DNA from: an uncultured Verrucomicrobiae bacterium
GTDB lineage: Bacteria; Verrucomicrobiota; Verrucomicrobiia; Chthoniobacterales; UBA10450
Length of the DNA: 64,000 nt
NCBI GenBank assembly: GCA_963815455.1
Contig: CAWFGO010000003.1
Coordinates: 448,001-512,000, forward strand
Direction: 5' to 3'
Below, piece by piece: positions 20,335-31,184 of the stretch (position 1 is the stretch's first letter; each line of letters starts with the position of its first letter). The notes beneath the pieces are model-generated. The model was not told where the DNA came from, did no database searches, and saw only the letters and a program-made list of their open reading frames with translations. Both the position numbers and the translations under genes were made by a program.

Positions 20335-21203
20335 TTGGCACCTCCGGTGTTTGATTGCGGATTGCTCATAGTCGCCACGAACAGATCAGCAATGCTCGGC
20401 CGGCGCACTTCACCCAGCGCGGCCAGCTGACCGCGATCGACATTCTCGAATAGCATCACGCTCCGTCCGAAAACCGGCCGTTCATAAATCGGCTTGAGCG
20501 ACCGCGCCCCAGCGACATGATCCGGGTGCACCATCACTTCGACATAGCGCGAATCGAATTGCTCCATGCTGCATTCGAGCACGATCTTTCCGCGATCGAT
20601 GAACATGAGATCGGTCAGGACGTCCTGGATCTCTTCCACTTGATGGGTCGTCACCACGATGGTGCGGCTCTTGTCGAAGTAATCGTTCAGCAGCGAATCG
20701 TAGAACTGTTTCCGATACAGGATGTCCAATCCGAGCGTCGGTTCGTCCAGCACCAGCAATTTCGCGTCGATCGCCATGACCACCGCGAGATGCAGCTGGG
20801 CCACCATGCCTTTCGACAATTGCCTAACCTTGCTGGTGCGCTTGATCGTGGTCCTCCCCAAAAAACCTTCTGCTTTCGCTCGATCGAATCGCGGATGCAC
20901 ACCGGCGACGTAATCGAGCAACTGCGAAACTCGGATCCAACGCGGCAACACCGCGACATCGGCAATAAATGAGACGTTGCGCATCAGCTCTTCGCGCGAG
21001 TTCCACGGGTCGCGTCCGAGCACGGACAACTGTCCGTCGTATGACGTAAGACCAAGAATCGCGTTGAGCGCGGTGGTCTTGCCCGCGCCATTAGGCCCGA
21101 TCATCCCGAGAATCCGACCCTCTTCGACGCGAAGATCGACACCGTCCAAGGCGACAGTGGTGCCGAAAGTTTTGCGAAGACCGTGTGCTTCTATACAGGC
21201 CAT
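20331..21203 (-). CDS. ABC transporter ATP-binding protein
   Basis: GPNGAGKT, LSKGM, LLVLDEPT, H-loop. Confidence 0.92.
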   Translation of the reverse strand: MACIEAHGLRKTFGTTVALDGVDLRVEEGRILGMIGPNGAGKTTALNAILGLTSYDGQLSVLGRDPWNSREELMRNVSFIADVAVLPRWIRVSQLLDYVAGVHPRFDRAKAEGFLGRTTIKRTSKVRQLSKGMVAQLHLAVVMAIDAKLLVLDEPTLGLDILYRKQFYDSLLNDYFDKSRTIVVTTHQVEEIQDVLTDLMFIDRGKIVLECSMEQFDSRYVEVMVHPDHVAGARSLKPIYERPVFGRSVMLFENVDRGQLAALGEVRRPSIADLFVATMSNPQSNTGGAK

Positions 21204-21207
21204 GGTT

Positions 21208-21633
21208 TTACTTTCCTTCCTTGGGATTTTTGTGGCCGGGGGCGTTGACCCCGGTTCCTGAAGATCGAGCAGAGCTGCGCTTCGCGGCCGCTTTCAGCAA
21301 TTCCTCCGGCGTTAGGCCAAGCCGTTGAATATGTTCGTGAACTCTTGGCCAATGCTCGTCCAGAAATTTCTGGCGCTCGGCTTTTAGCAACAGATCGCGC
21401 GCGCCCGCATTGACGAACATGCCGAGTCCCCGCTTCGATTCGACCAGCTGTTCGTCCACCAATTCCTGGTAGGCCTTGAGAACGGTCAGTGGATTGACCC
21501 GGGATTCGGCCGCAACCGTGCGCACCGACGGCAACGGATCGCCCTCCTTGAGCACGCCGTCGAGAATCATATGCACGACACGATCTCGAAGCTGTCGATA
21601 AATCGGCTGACCGTTGTTCCATTCACTGTCCAT
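21208..21633 (-). CDS. GntR family (YtrA subfamily) regulator
   Basis: PIYRQL...LPSVR...VNPLTV.KAY..L...KRGLGMFV; short C-terminus; precedes ABC genes. Confidence 0.9.
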   Translation of the reverse strand: MDSEWNNGQPIYRQLRDRVVHMILDGVLKEGDPLPSVRTVAAESRVNPLTVLKAYQELVDEQLVESKRGLGMFVNAGARDLLLKAERQKFLDEHWPRVHEHIQRLGLTPEELLKAAAKRSSARSSGTGVNAPGHKNPKEGK

Positions 21634-21734
21634 TCTTTGTTCCGAGTAATCCTTGAAAGAGGATGAGGAGGTCCGAGGCGGAAAGGCGGTCCGAGCTCTC
21701 CCCGGCCAGTGTTCGACCGGATTGGCAGTTGTCT

Positions 21735-21840
21735 TGTAGCGGCGCTCTATGACCGTCGACCTCGTCGATCTGCGTGTAGAGGCGGGCGTGTCGCTCGCAA
21801 TCTATTCTGGTTCTCGCGGCCGACCCGGCCGGCTCTGCAC
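21735..21840. repeat. Degenerate GTAG REP copies in the GntR leader region
   Basis: TTGTAGCGGCGCTCTATGACCGTCG; TGTAGAGGCGGGCGTGTCGCTCGC...GCGGCCGACCCGGCCGGCTCTGCA. Confidence 0.55.
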
Positions 21841-21943
21841 CTTCTGCGGCAGCCGAATCGAGGCGAAAAGGTTCTGACCCGGCTGCGCCCAAGCAAGATC
21901 CTCCGGCGTCGACTTGGGCTCTCTGCTCATTTCCTCTCATATA

Positions 21944-21965
21944 GTGTTATAGTTAACTATAACAC
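21944..21965. promoter_or_regulatory. Probable YtrA/GntR operator
   Basis: Perfect 22-bp AT-rich palindrome GTGTTATAGTTAACTATAACAC upstream of the operon, next to a TTGCCA -35-like box on the minus strand. Confidence 0.75.
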
Positions 21966-22224
21966 AAAGGCACTGGCAAGGACTTTTTTAGACTTTTTTT
22001 GGCTGTCGTTCAGCGGGCGGTTTTCCGCAAGAGATGGATCGAGCTCTCCGAGCTCGATGTTAATTTTACCAACGGTGCGAGCCGCATTGGCATTCTAGGA
22101 GAGCGCGTTCCACCCATACCGACCATCGGTCTACCGGGACCGCTCCGAATCGTGCCCCGGTGACGCAAGCAGCGAGAAGAGGTAGCCGCCTCTCAACGAG
22201 GCGGCCGTCCCCTTTTCGGATTGG

Positions 22225-22668
22225 TTATTTCTTCAGCTTTATATCGACCCCGGAAGCACCGATCGTCAGATCGACGCCCTTCGAAGTCGCGCTAACGAAC
22301 ACCGTCACACCGTTCTGATTCTTCATGGTCACGCCCGAGCGACCGCCAGCCAGGGTGATATCGGCATTGGCCGAGGTGTAGTTACCCGAGAAATCCTCGA
22401 GCTTCTTCAGGCCATAAACTTCGCCCGTAGCCGTGACCTTGGTGATCCCGACTTTGCCTAACGATAATCCGCTCACGGAAACCGGATAATCCTTGCCCTT
22501 GTAGGTAAGAGTGCCCTTGCCCCAGCTGATACCGACGCCGGCGGCGACCGCTTTGCTACTGAGGCGCAAAGTTGCGTCCGGTCGCATCGCTTTTCCTGCC
22601 GCCTGGGCGAAACCCGCCATCAGGCAGAAGGCAACCGACAGAATCCCAATTCGTTGAATGATTTTCAT
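22225..22668 (-). CDS. Secreted protein, EipA/DUF1134-like
   Basis: Signal peptide; GISWGKGTLTYKG, DFSGNY, MKNQNGV. Confidence 0.6.
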   Translation of the reverse strand: MKIIQRIGILSVAFCLMAGFAQAAGKAMRPDATLRLSSKAVAAGVGISWGKGTLTYKGKDYPVSVSGLSLGKVGITKVTATGEVYGLKKLEDFSGNYTSANADITLAGGRSGVTMKNQNGVTVFVSATSKGVDLTIGASGVDIKLKK

Positions 22669-22901
22669 AATGTTTGTTCTCTCTCGTTTTATGTCTCGCG
22701 GTTTTGCCGCGTTACATCGTTGGTGTGAACAGGTTGAACCTCCGGGTCAAGACCTTTCGCTCGCGACCGGCAACCGCACGCCTCAAAGACACAAAAATTT
22801 CTCACCGCGCATTGCACCGCGGCACACCCCGCTTTTTCATCCGCGATATCCGGGGTTGTCTGTCCTAGCTACAAAAAGCGGTTTCCAGTTACATTCGTCC
22901 G

Positions 22902-23685
22902 ATGCGTTTTCGACCTTTGATCACTGCTCTCGGACTGAACGCCGTTCCGGCGTTGGGCTGGTTCGTGGGCGACTGGTCGGCCGGGACAACCCTGGTGCTC
23001 TACTGGCTCGAAACGCTTATCGGCACATTGCTCCTCAGCCGTCCGGATCATCATTCATCGGCGAATCCACCCCAGCAAAGGACATTGGGATTATCACGCG
23101 CCGCAAGGTCAGTCAGCGCAGACAACCACAAGCAGTGGCCGCTCTACTTATCTCGCGGCGTTCCTCGTTCCGGCCCTGGTCTTCACCTTTGCCCATGGAA
23201 TTTTTCTCGGCGTGCTCGGCTTCATCGCGATCAAGAATAGCGTGAGCCCTAACGAAGCCAGGGTCAACGTCCACGATTTGCTTGCGGGTCTCATCGGAGT
23301 CGGCCTGTTCCAAGTGGCCGATTTCATCTTCGATCTCACCTGGATAAGAAACCGGCCGTTCGCCTGGATTGAGAAACTCGGCCAGATAACCCTCGCTCGC
23401 GTCGTCGTCGTTCACCTAACGATCATTGGCGGCATGGCGGCTGTCATGTTCACCGGCGCGAATAGAAACTTCTTCGGCGTCTTCATCTTCCTGAAAACGA
23501 TGCTCCAGTGCAGCATCGTCCTCCCGCAATACCAACCCAAAACGCCGCCAGCCTGGCTCTCCGGCATCATGGACCGCATCGGATCGCCGAAGTACAAGAA
23601 CGAAAGCTTTGCCCAGTTCTGGAAACAAACCGACGACCACGAAGAAGCCCGAATTGCTCGCAACGAAAAGGCGATGGAGAAGTGA
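22902..23685 (+). CDS. DUF6498-like membrane protein (frameshift near 23037)
   Basis: NAVP..GWF..WS...LVLYWLE; RVVVVHLTIIGG; one extra base joins the two ORFs. Confidence 0.65.
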
Positions 23686-23733
23686 CGAGAAGCTGATGTG
23701 ACGCGGCTCGGCTGGTGCGCTATGCTTCCTCGC

Positions 23734-24318
23734 ATGAAGTTGATCCGACTCGCCTTGGTTCTCTTTGTTTCCGGCGTTCTCGCAACGCAGACGGTGAGCG
23801 CGGCTGAGCCTGCCGCTCCGGAAGACACCGAGCTGGCGGTGGGAAAAAAAGCGCCGTTGTTTACTCTCAAGGATCAAGCGAACCGCGACGCCTCGCTTGA
23901 ATCGCTGCTCAAGAAGGGCCCGGTGGCGCTGGTCTTTTTTCGGTCGGCGGATTGGTGACCATTTTGCCAGAAGCAGTTGGTCCAACTGCAAGCCAGCTTG
24001 AAGGAACTGGAAGCGACCGGCGGCCAGGTCGTGGCCATTAGTTACGATTCCATGGATGTTCTCAGCCGGTTCGCCACGAAACATTCGATCACCTACCCTT
24101 TGCTCTCCGATGCCGGCAGCAAAACCATCGAGGCCTACGGAATTCTCAACCGGGAAGCACAGGGTCGTGCCAAAGGAATCCCTTACCCAGGCACGTTCGT
24201 CGTCGGAACCGACGGGGTCATTCGCGCGAAATTCTTTTTGGAAGGCTACAAGGAGCGTATCGATCCCGGGTCGATTCGCGAGGCGGTGCAGAAGGCGAAC
24301 GCGGAAAGTAGAAAGTAG
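23734..24318 (+). CDS. AhpC/TSA peroxiredoxin-like selenoprotein candidate (UGA at 23956-23958, WUPFC)
   Basis: Signal peptide, VGKKAPLFTL, FFRSADW-TGA-PFCQKQL in one frame, continuing into VVAISYDS, LLSD, PGTFVVG. Confidence 0.85.
23973..23989 (+). promoter_or_regulatory. SECIS-like hairpin
   Basis: GCAGTTG-GTC-CAACTGC begins 14 nt after the UGA, with GU in the apical loop. Confidence 0.6.
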
Positions 24319-24376
24319 CAATAACTCATGACTAATCGCTTGCTCGCTCTCAGCCGCTCCGCGATAAAATGACGCG

Positions 24377-25840
24377 ATGGCCACCGGCATTCAGTGCGTT
24401 CCAATGATCATCGATGGCAAACCGGTTTCAACCGCCCGCACCTTTCCCGTTATCAATCCCGCCACCGGCGTCTCCTTTGCCGACGTTGCTGCCGGAGATA
24501 AATCTCATCTCGATGCCGCAGTAGCGGCGGCTCGCGCTGCCTTTCCAAACTGGAGCGCGACCGCCAATGCCGAGCGCCAGCGTCTGCTACACGCCATCGG
24601 CGACGCGTTGCAGACGAACATGGCCGAGCTGATGGAATTGGTGACGAAAGAAACCGGCAAGCCGTTAAAAGGATTGAATGGCGTTGGTGCCGGGATGGAG
24701 GTCGGTGGCGCGATCGCGTGGACACACGCCACGGCCGATCTGACACTGCCGGTGGACCTCATTCAGGATAACGATGAGGCGCGCATCGAGGTGCACCGCA
24801 AACCTCTTGGCGTAGTCGGCTCCATTCCGCCTTGGAACTGGCCGCTCATGATCGGGATCTGGCATGTCATTCCCGCGCTGCGCGCCGGCAACACCGTTGT
24901 CATCAAACCATCCTCGTTAACACCGGTGGCGACCGCGAAGTTCGTCGAGCTGGCTAACGAAATTCTGCCCCCGGGTGTGTTGAGCGTGATCACCACGCCG
25001 TCCGATTCCGGGGTCGGACCGGCGATGGCCAGGCACGCCGGTATCGACAAGATGGTTTTTACCGGCTCGACCGCTACCGGAAAAAAGATCATGCAAGACG
25101 CGGCCGGCAATCTCAAACGTCTGACTCTGGAACTTGGGGGCAACGACGCCGGCATCGTGCTGCCGGATATCGATCCCAAAACAATCGCGCCAAAACTGTT
25201 TGGAGTGGCCTTCCATAATAATGGGCAAACCTGCGCGTGTCTGAAACGGTTGTATGTCCATGAAAGCATCTACGACTCCCTCTGCGTCGAGCTTGCAAAA
25301 ATCGCGAAAAAGGCGGTTGTCGGCGATGGTTTAAACGCGGAAACCGAACTGGGTCCTCTGCAGAACAAGGCTCAACTCGCCTACGTCGAGGAATTGGCCG
25401 AGGACGCCCGCGCCCACGGCGCGCGGATTCTTTCCGGCGGCGGGGCCAGACAAGGCGACGGCTATTTCTTTGAGCCGACAGTCGTGGCCGACGTGACCGA
25501 CGGGGTTCGGCTCGTGGACGAAGAGCAGTTCGGTCCCATCCTGCCCATCATCAAATATTCCGATATTGAGGACGCAATTCGCCGTGCCAATGCCAGCCCG
25601 AATGGACTCGGCGGTTCTATTTGGTCTAACGACATAAAAAAGGCCGCGGAGCTGGCCAGTCGCCTGGAGTGTGGCACGGCCTGGGTAAACGAGCATGGGG
25701 CCATTCAGCCAAACGCGCCGTTCGGTGGAGTCAAACAATCAGGGATCGGAGTCGAGTTCGGAGAATATGGCCTGGAGGAAAATACCTCGATCCAGACGTT
25801 GAAGATCATGAAGGTACGTCCGGGTTCTTTCGCAGCCTAA
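24377..25840 (+). CDS. Aldehyde dehydrogenase
   Basis: PWNWP, FTGSTATG, LELGGND, GQTC, EEQFGP, PFGGVKQSG. Confidence 0.93.
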   Translation: MATGIQCVPMIIDGKPVSTARTFPVINPATGVSFADVAAGDKSHLDAAVAAARAAFPNWSATANAERQRLLHAIGDALQTNMAELMELVTKETGKPLKGLNGVGAGMEVGGAIAWTHATADLTLPVDLIQDNDEARIEVHRKPLGVVGSIPPWNWPLMIGIWHVIPALRAGNTVVIKPSSLTPVATAKFVELANEILPPGVLSVITTPSDSGVGPAMARHAGIDKMVFTGSTATGKKIMQDAAGNLKRLTLELGGNDAGIVLPDIDPKTIAPKLFGVAFHNNGQTCACLKRLYVHESIYDSLCVELAKIAKKAVVGDGLNAETELGPLQNKAQLAYVEELAEDARAHGARILSGGGARQGDGYFFEPTVVADVTDGVRLVDEEQFGPILPIIKYSDIEDAIRRANASPNGLGGSIWSNDIKKAAELASRLECGTAWVNEHGAIQPNAPFGGVKQSGIGVEFGEYGLEENTSIQTLKIMKVRPGSFAA

Positions 25841-25945
25841 CGATAATCGGCATTGTGTGGGGGATGCTTCACGCGGCTTCGGAACCGAGCGTCACCCGTT
25901 AGGCGACGGCAGGCTGCGTAAAATACCATTCGCGTTAATCTGTGT

Positions 25946-26025
25946 TTTGCCGCGCGGTAGCCGCAGCGAAGGCGGGTGTTTCGCGGGTGCTTTTTCATGC
26001 TGCGGCTGACACATCCGCCACTGCA
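25946..26025. repeat. Degenerate repeat cluster (GTAGC..GCGAAGGCGGG copy and GTAG REP remnant)
   Basis: TTTGCCGCGCGGTAGCCGCAGCGAAGGCGGG; GCGGCTGACACATCCGCCACTGCA. Confidence 0.5.
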
Positions 26026-26063
26026 TCTATTATTGAACAATTCGGGCTACGCATGCGTCTCTC

Positions 26064-27407
26064 TTGCGGAGGGCTGCAAGATCGATGGGTAGGAGAAATG
26101 TAACGGGAAAAATGCTTCGGATCGGGGGTTTCTTTTTTCTCTTTTTCTCGGTTTCGCGCGGATTCGGCGCAGAGGATACCCCGGATACAGTGGCGAAATA
26201 TCTGGCGGGATTGATGGTTCCGGCTGCTTCGGCCGACGCACCGCAACAGCTATCAGGTCCCGATCCCCAATCTGCCCAAGTTCGTCCGGCACTCCCCACC
26301 GCTACGTCGAGTCCTATTGCGATACGGGTTCGCAGGCCCGGATCACTAATTGCCGTTCGCCGATATCTACCCGCGCCAACCGATCGCGGGTCCGCAACCC
26401 CTCGACCTGCGTCTTCAACCAGCCGGTCAACCGCTCAACCCGCCAACAATCCGTGGCTGACGCACTCGACCGAGTTGGACCAAGCCTGGAAACGGACCGA
26501 ACAGCAGCAGCTCGCAAATATTGCGACCTGGGCGCCGCAAGTTTTGGACGGAGCTTATCAAGCGGACACCACGGTGTTCTATATGTTTAGCGGGCCGGAT
26601 TTTCTTTACGCGCACGCGTTTTTCCCGAATGCGCGCACCTACATCTTTTGCGGGAACGAACCCGTCGGCACGCCGCCCGACTTGGACAAGATTGCACCGC
26701 AAGCGCTGCCCTACGCGCTGGCCAACATCAGGAAATCGCTGGAGTCGGTGCTGAACTGGAGCTTCTTCATCACCAAAGAGATGAAGACCGATCTGACTCG
26801 CACCGATCTGAGCGGGACGGTTCCTCTTCTTTACGTCTTTCTTGCCCGGATGCGTTGCGCGATTGAATCGGTTACGCCGGTGACGATCGACCGCGAAGGA
26901 AATCTGAGCGAGGGAAATGCGAGCGAACAAACCCCCGGGATCCGGATTGTGTTTACGAACGGTTCGCCGTCGCCACAAACGCTCTATTACTTCTGCAGCG
27001 ATCTGTCGGATGACGGCGTGAAGTCGAACCCGGCGTTTCTACGTTTTTGTGAGAAACAAGGACGGGGAGTGAGTTTGCTTAAAGCCGCTTCCTATCTCAT
27101 GCACGAGCCGGGATTCTCGAAAGTGCGCGAGTTTCTGCTGGAGCACAGTAGTCTCATTCTGCAGGACGATTCCGGCATTCCGCTGCGGTTTCTGGCGGAA
27201 AAGGGATGGAACGTCCGCTATTGCGGTCAATACGTCGGTCCGATCGAGATCTTTAAGCAGCACTGGCAACCGGATCTGGCCGATAATTACGCGCGCCAGG
27301 TACCATCGCCGTTGTCGTTCGGGTTTGGCTATCAATGGCAACCGGATCGGTCCGATGTGATGATCGCCACGCCGCCGGGAATAAGGGAAGTGGCGAGCGG
27401 CGAGTGA
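26064..27407 (+). CDS. Conserved hypothetical exported protein (YMFSGPDF...QDDSGIP family); start probably near 26112
   Basis: Long ORF with signal peptide and P/S/T linker; clear paralog at 31185-32246. Confidence 0.75.
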   Translation: MRRAARSMGRRNVTGKMLRIGGFFFLFFSVSRGFGAEDTPDTVAKYLAGLMVPAASADAPQQLSGPDPQSAQVRPALPTATSSPIAIRVRRPGSLIAVRRYLPAPTDRGSATPRPASSTSRSTAQPANNPWLTHSTELDQAWKRTEQQQLANIATWAPQVLDGAYQADTTVFYMFSGPDFLYAHAFFPNARTYIFCGNEPVGTPPDLDKIAPQALPYALANIRKSLESVLNWSFFITKEMKTDLTRTDLSGTVPLLYVFLARMRCAIESVTPVTIDREGNLSEGNASEQTPGIRIVFTNGSPSPQTLYYFCSDLSDDGVKSNPAFLRFCEKQGRGVSLLKAASYLMHEPGFSKVREFLLEHSSLILQDDSGIPLRFLAEKGWNVRYCGQYVGPIEIFKQHWQPDLADNYARQVPSPLSFGFGYQWQPDRSDVMIATPPGIREVASGE

Positions 27408-27490
27408 CGCGATTGGTTGATGGTTGAGATGTTGTTGGCGCGGCGGGCGAAGTTTCTCGACGAATTGGATTTGCCCGGCAGAGTGGAGTC

Positions 27491-28543
27491 ATGAGCGATG
27501 GAAATCCGCCTGATCCGTCGGCAATCCTGCAAACTGCGTTTGGTTTTTGGTCCTCCAAGGTTTTGCTCAGCGCGGTCGAGCTGGGCGTCTTTACGGCGCT
27601 CAAGGACCGGAAACTGACCGGAGCCGAACTGGCCAAAGAGGTCGGGGTACATCCGCGCGCGATCAGTGATTTTTTTGACGCGCTCGTAGCGATGAAGTTC
27701 TTGGAGCGCGAAGGCAAATCGGAAAGCCATTCGGCCGGTGAATCGACCGCCCGATATTTCAACACGCCGGCCGCTGCGTTGTATCTCGACCGGAATTCTT
27801 CGCGGTATGTCGGCGGTATTCTGGAGATGCTCAATGCGCGGCTCTTCAAGTTCTGGAACGATCTGCCGGAAGCATTGCGCACGGGCAAACCGCAGAACGA
27901 GATCAAACACGCCGGCAGGGGAATATTTGAAGTGCTTTATGCCGATCCGGCCGGCCTGGAACAATTCCTGGGCGGAATGACCGGGTTATCGCGTCTGAAT
28001 TTCGAGGCCTTTGCCAACAAGTTTGATTTCAGTGGGTACAAGACTTTATGCGACGTGGGTGGCGCGACGGGGTTGTTGTGCACGGAAGTAGCAAAACGGC
28101 ATCCGCACATGCGGTGTGTGTCCTTCGATCTGCCGGTAGTTGAACCGATCGCCAGGAGAAGCATCGCCGCAGCCGGCCTGACGGATCGTGTTTCCACGGC
28201 CGGTGGCGATTTCTTTGCCGATCCCCTGCCCAAGGCGGACGTGATCACCATGGGAATGATCCTGCACGACTGGAACCTGGAGCGGAAAATGCGTCTGATC
28301 CGCGCAGCTTACGACGCGTTGCCGGCGGGCGGTGCCTTCGTTGCCATTGAAGCGTTGATCGACAACGCCAGAAGGGAAAATGTTTTCGGTCTTCTGATGT
28401 CGCTCAACATGTTGATCGAGTTCGGCGAGGCGTTCGACTATTCCGCAAAAGATTTCGAGGGATGGTGCCGGGAGGTGGGATTTGGACGGTTTGAGACGAT
28501 TCATCTATTTGGACCATCCAGCGCAGCGATCGCCTACAAATAG
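27491..28543 (+). CDS. SAM-dependent O-methyltransferase (dimerisation + Methyltransf_2)
   Basis: LLSAVELGVF, DVGGATG, FDLP, GDFF, ILHDW. Confidence 0.9.
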   Translation: MSDGNPPDPSAILQTAFGFWSSKVLLSAVELGVFTALKDRKLTGAELAKEVGVHPRAISDFFDALVAMKFLEREGKSESHSAGESTARYFNTPAAALYLDRNSSRYVGGILEMLNARLFKFWNDLPEALRTGKPQNEIKHAGRGIFEVLYADPAGLEQFLGGMTGLSRLNFEAFANKFDFSGYKTLCDVGGATGLLCTEVAKRHPHMRCVSFDLPVVEPIARRSIAAAGLTDRVSTAGGDFFADPLPKADVITMGMILHDWNLERKMRLIRAAYDALPAGGAFVAIEALIDNARRENVFGLLMSLNMLIEFGEAFDYSAKDFEGWCREVGFGRFETIHLFGPSSAAIAYK

Positions 28544-28549
28544 GATTCG

Positions 28550-31079
28550 TTATTCCGTTCGGAGCGCCACCATGGGATTGATGCGCGTGGCTCGTCGCGC
28601 GGGCAGCCAGGTGGCGAATAGCGTCGCTGCGGCGAGAACAGTCAGCGCGCCGGCGAAAGCCGGCGGATCGAACGCGCCGACTTCGAACAAAATGCCGCTA
28701 AGTATCTTTCCGGCCGCGGCGGAGAGAAGAAGACCGAGACCGATCCCGGAACAGAGCATTATGGTGCTCTCGCCCATGATTAATCGAAACACCATTCCGG
28801 GTTGGGCGCCGAGGGCCATGCGAATCCCGATCTCGCGGGTGCGTCGCGCAACCGAATAGGCTTTCACACCGTAAAGACCCACCGCGGCCAGAGCGAGCGC
28901 AAGCCCTCCAAAGATGGAGAACATGGCGGCGCCGGCACGAACCAGCCAGAGATCGAGATTCGAATCGAGAAACTGGGCAAATGTTTGCAGGGTGATGATC
29001 GGAATCGATGGATCGACATCGTGTACGGTGCGACGCAACAGATCGGCGGTGGCGGTTTCGTTTTCGGGAGCGAGCGAACGGAACCTGACGAAAAAATGAA
29101 ACGTCACTTTGGAATCCGCGCGCGAAGGGCAGATAAATGGCGCCGTCGGGCTCTTCGTTGGCGAAAAGATCGTGCCGCGTTACCGGCACAATGCCGACGA
29201 TCTCGATCGTCTCGTCCTGTTTTTCCTTTTCTCCGGCGTATTGAACGCGCTGCCCGAGCGCGTCACCATTTGGCCAAAGTTTTTTTGCCAGCTTTTCATC
29301 GATGATGGCCACCTTCGGTCCGGGGCTTGTCGCTTCCGCGTCGGTGAATGCGCGCCCGCGGAGCACAGGCAATCCAACGGTTGAAAAATAATCCGCGCCC
29401 ACGCTGTTCCAGGCCGATTTGAAAGCGAGACCTTCAGCCGCGGTTGCGGGCCGGGCATCCGGGCCGGGATTAACCCCGGCGCGCTGAACGTTCTTGTCCG
29501 ACGAAATGATTCCGAGCGGAACTGTCGCACTAATGCTCGCGTGTTCCACGCCCGGCAGCGCGGCCAGCCGCGCATTCAGAGTTTGATAAAGTTCCCGGGC
29601 GCGTTGGGGTTCGTAACCGGCCAGGCTGGCATCGACTTCGAGAAGAAAACTCGCGCCCGGTCTGAGCCCGGTGTCGATCGACGCCGCTTTGCCGGCGCCG
29701 CGAACGAACAAGGCGGCCGCGGTCAGCAAGGCGAGCGAAAATGCAATTTGGACGACGACGAGCGGGTTTCGCGGAAGAAATTTCCAGCGACGATGTACGG
29801 CATCTTCGCCGGCGTGTGCTTTCAGGTCGGTCACGACCGCGGTGCGAGAAATTTTCAAGGCTGGCCCGAGCGCGAACATGAGCGTGCCAAGTAGACAAAA
29901 CCCAAATGTCGCAGCCAATATTGCGGGATCGGCACCGGTCGACCACACCACATCGAGCGGCATCAGCCGGCGCATCGAGGCTACGAGCAAACTCGACGAC
30001 CAGAGTCCAAGAACGAGTCCGCCGGCGCCTCCCAGCAAAGCCAGGAGAAGACCTTCGCTGAGAAGCTGGCGAACAATGCGGCCTCGGCTGCCGCCCAGGG
30101 CGAGGCGGATTGCGATTTCCTTCCGGCGCGCCGCGCCGCGCGCGAGCAACATGTTGGCAAGATTGAGACAGGCCACGAGCAGGACAACCACCGCCATGCC
30201 GAGAAGGAGCGGTGCGATTGCTTGCATTCCTTTGTCGGTTGCCGGGCTGTTGCCCACGCTGTTACGCGGTACCGGGGTCGCCATGAACGTCTGGTCCTGT
30301 TGCTCCACCGGATAGGCTTTTTCCAAATTGGCGGCCAGCGTTTCGAGGGCAGGCTTCGCCGAGGCGGCGGTCATTCCCGGTTTCAACCGGCCGATGATAC
30401 GCAGCTGCGTTCCGCTGCGATCGTTCAGGGTAGTCTTTTCCCTTGTCCCAAAATCGTTAGCGACCAGATCGTAATCGCTCATCGGCAACCAGACTTCCGG
30501 GGACAGAATTTGCATCGTGCCGGCAAAACCTTTGGGCGCGATCCCGACGATGGTGAACTGCCGGCCGTTGATCGTTAATTGTGAGCCGAGCATCGCCGAA
30601 TCGAGGCCGTGCCTTTGCCAGTAACTGTAACTGACGATGGCGACCGGAGCGTTACGGCCGGGCGGCTCCTCTTCGGGAAGAAATGCTCGGCCCCGCGCGA
30701 GCGGAACACCGAGGACAGAGAAGTAATTTGAAGTGACGACTGCCGCGAACGCGCGACGGGTATCGCCTTTCTGGCCGAGACCGACCAACGCCAGATTGAA
30801 ACTCAGCGCGTCGGTCAGGACCGTGTTTTGTTCGCGGATATCGAGATAAGTCGGGTAAGAAAAACCGCGAAACTTCTTTGGGTCTTTCTTGTTCTGGGAA
30901 AAGAGCTGCACCATTTCGTGCGGCCGGGCGTAAGCCGGTGGAGCGAAAAAGAGTCTATTGACCAGGCTGAACACGGCGGTATTCGCACCGATTCCAAATG
31001 CGAGGACGAGCATGGCGGCGATGGTGAAGCCCGGCGCTTTCACGAGTTGCCGGAATGCGAATCGAAAATCCTGGATCAT
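28550..31079 (-). CDS. ADOP-type duplicated ABC permease (MacB/FtsX), frameshift near 29090
   Basis: QDFRFAFRQLVKAPGF, LGIGANTA-like motif, ACLNLANMLLAR, RTREIGIRMALGA, INPMVALRTE. Confidence 0.9.
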
Positions 31080-31102
31080 GTGATGTCTCTCCTACTCATG
31101 AG

Positions 31103-31120
31103 ATGCATCCAAGTCGCCAA
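31103..31120 (-). promoter_or_regulatory. Putative sigma-54 promoter of the ADOP gene
   Basis: TTGGCGACTTGGATGCAT: GG-N10-GC spacing, followed by an AGGAGAG RBS. Confidence 0.55.
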
Positions 31121-31184
31121 ATGGATTCAGAATCTACAGACTGGGACGCAACCGTTTTGGTACGGAGTCTGCGACTGCCACCGG

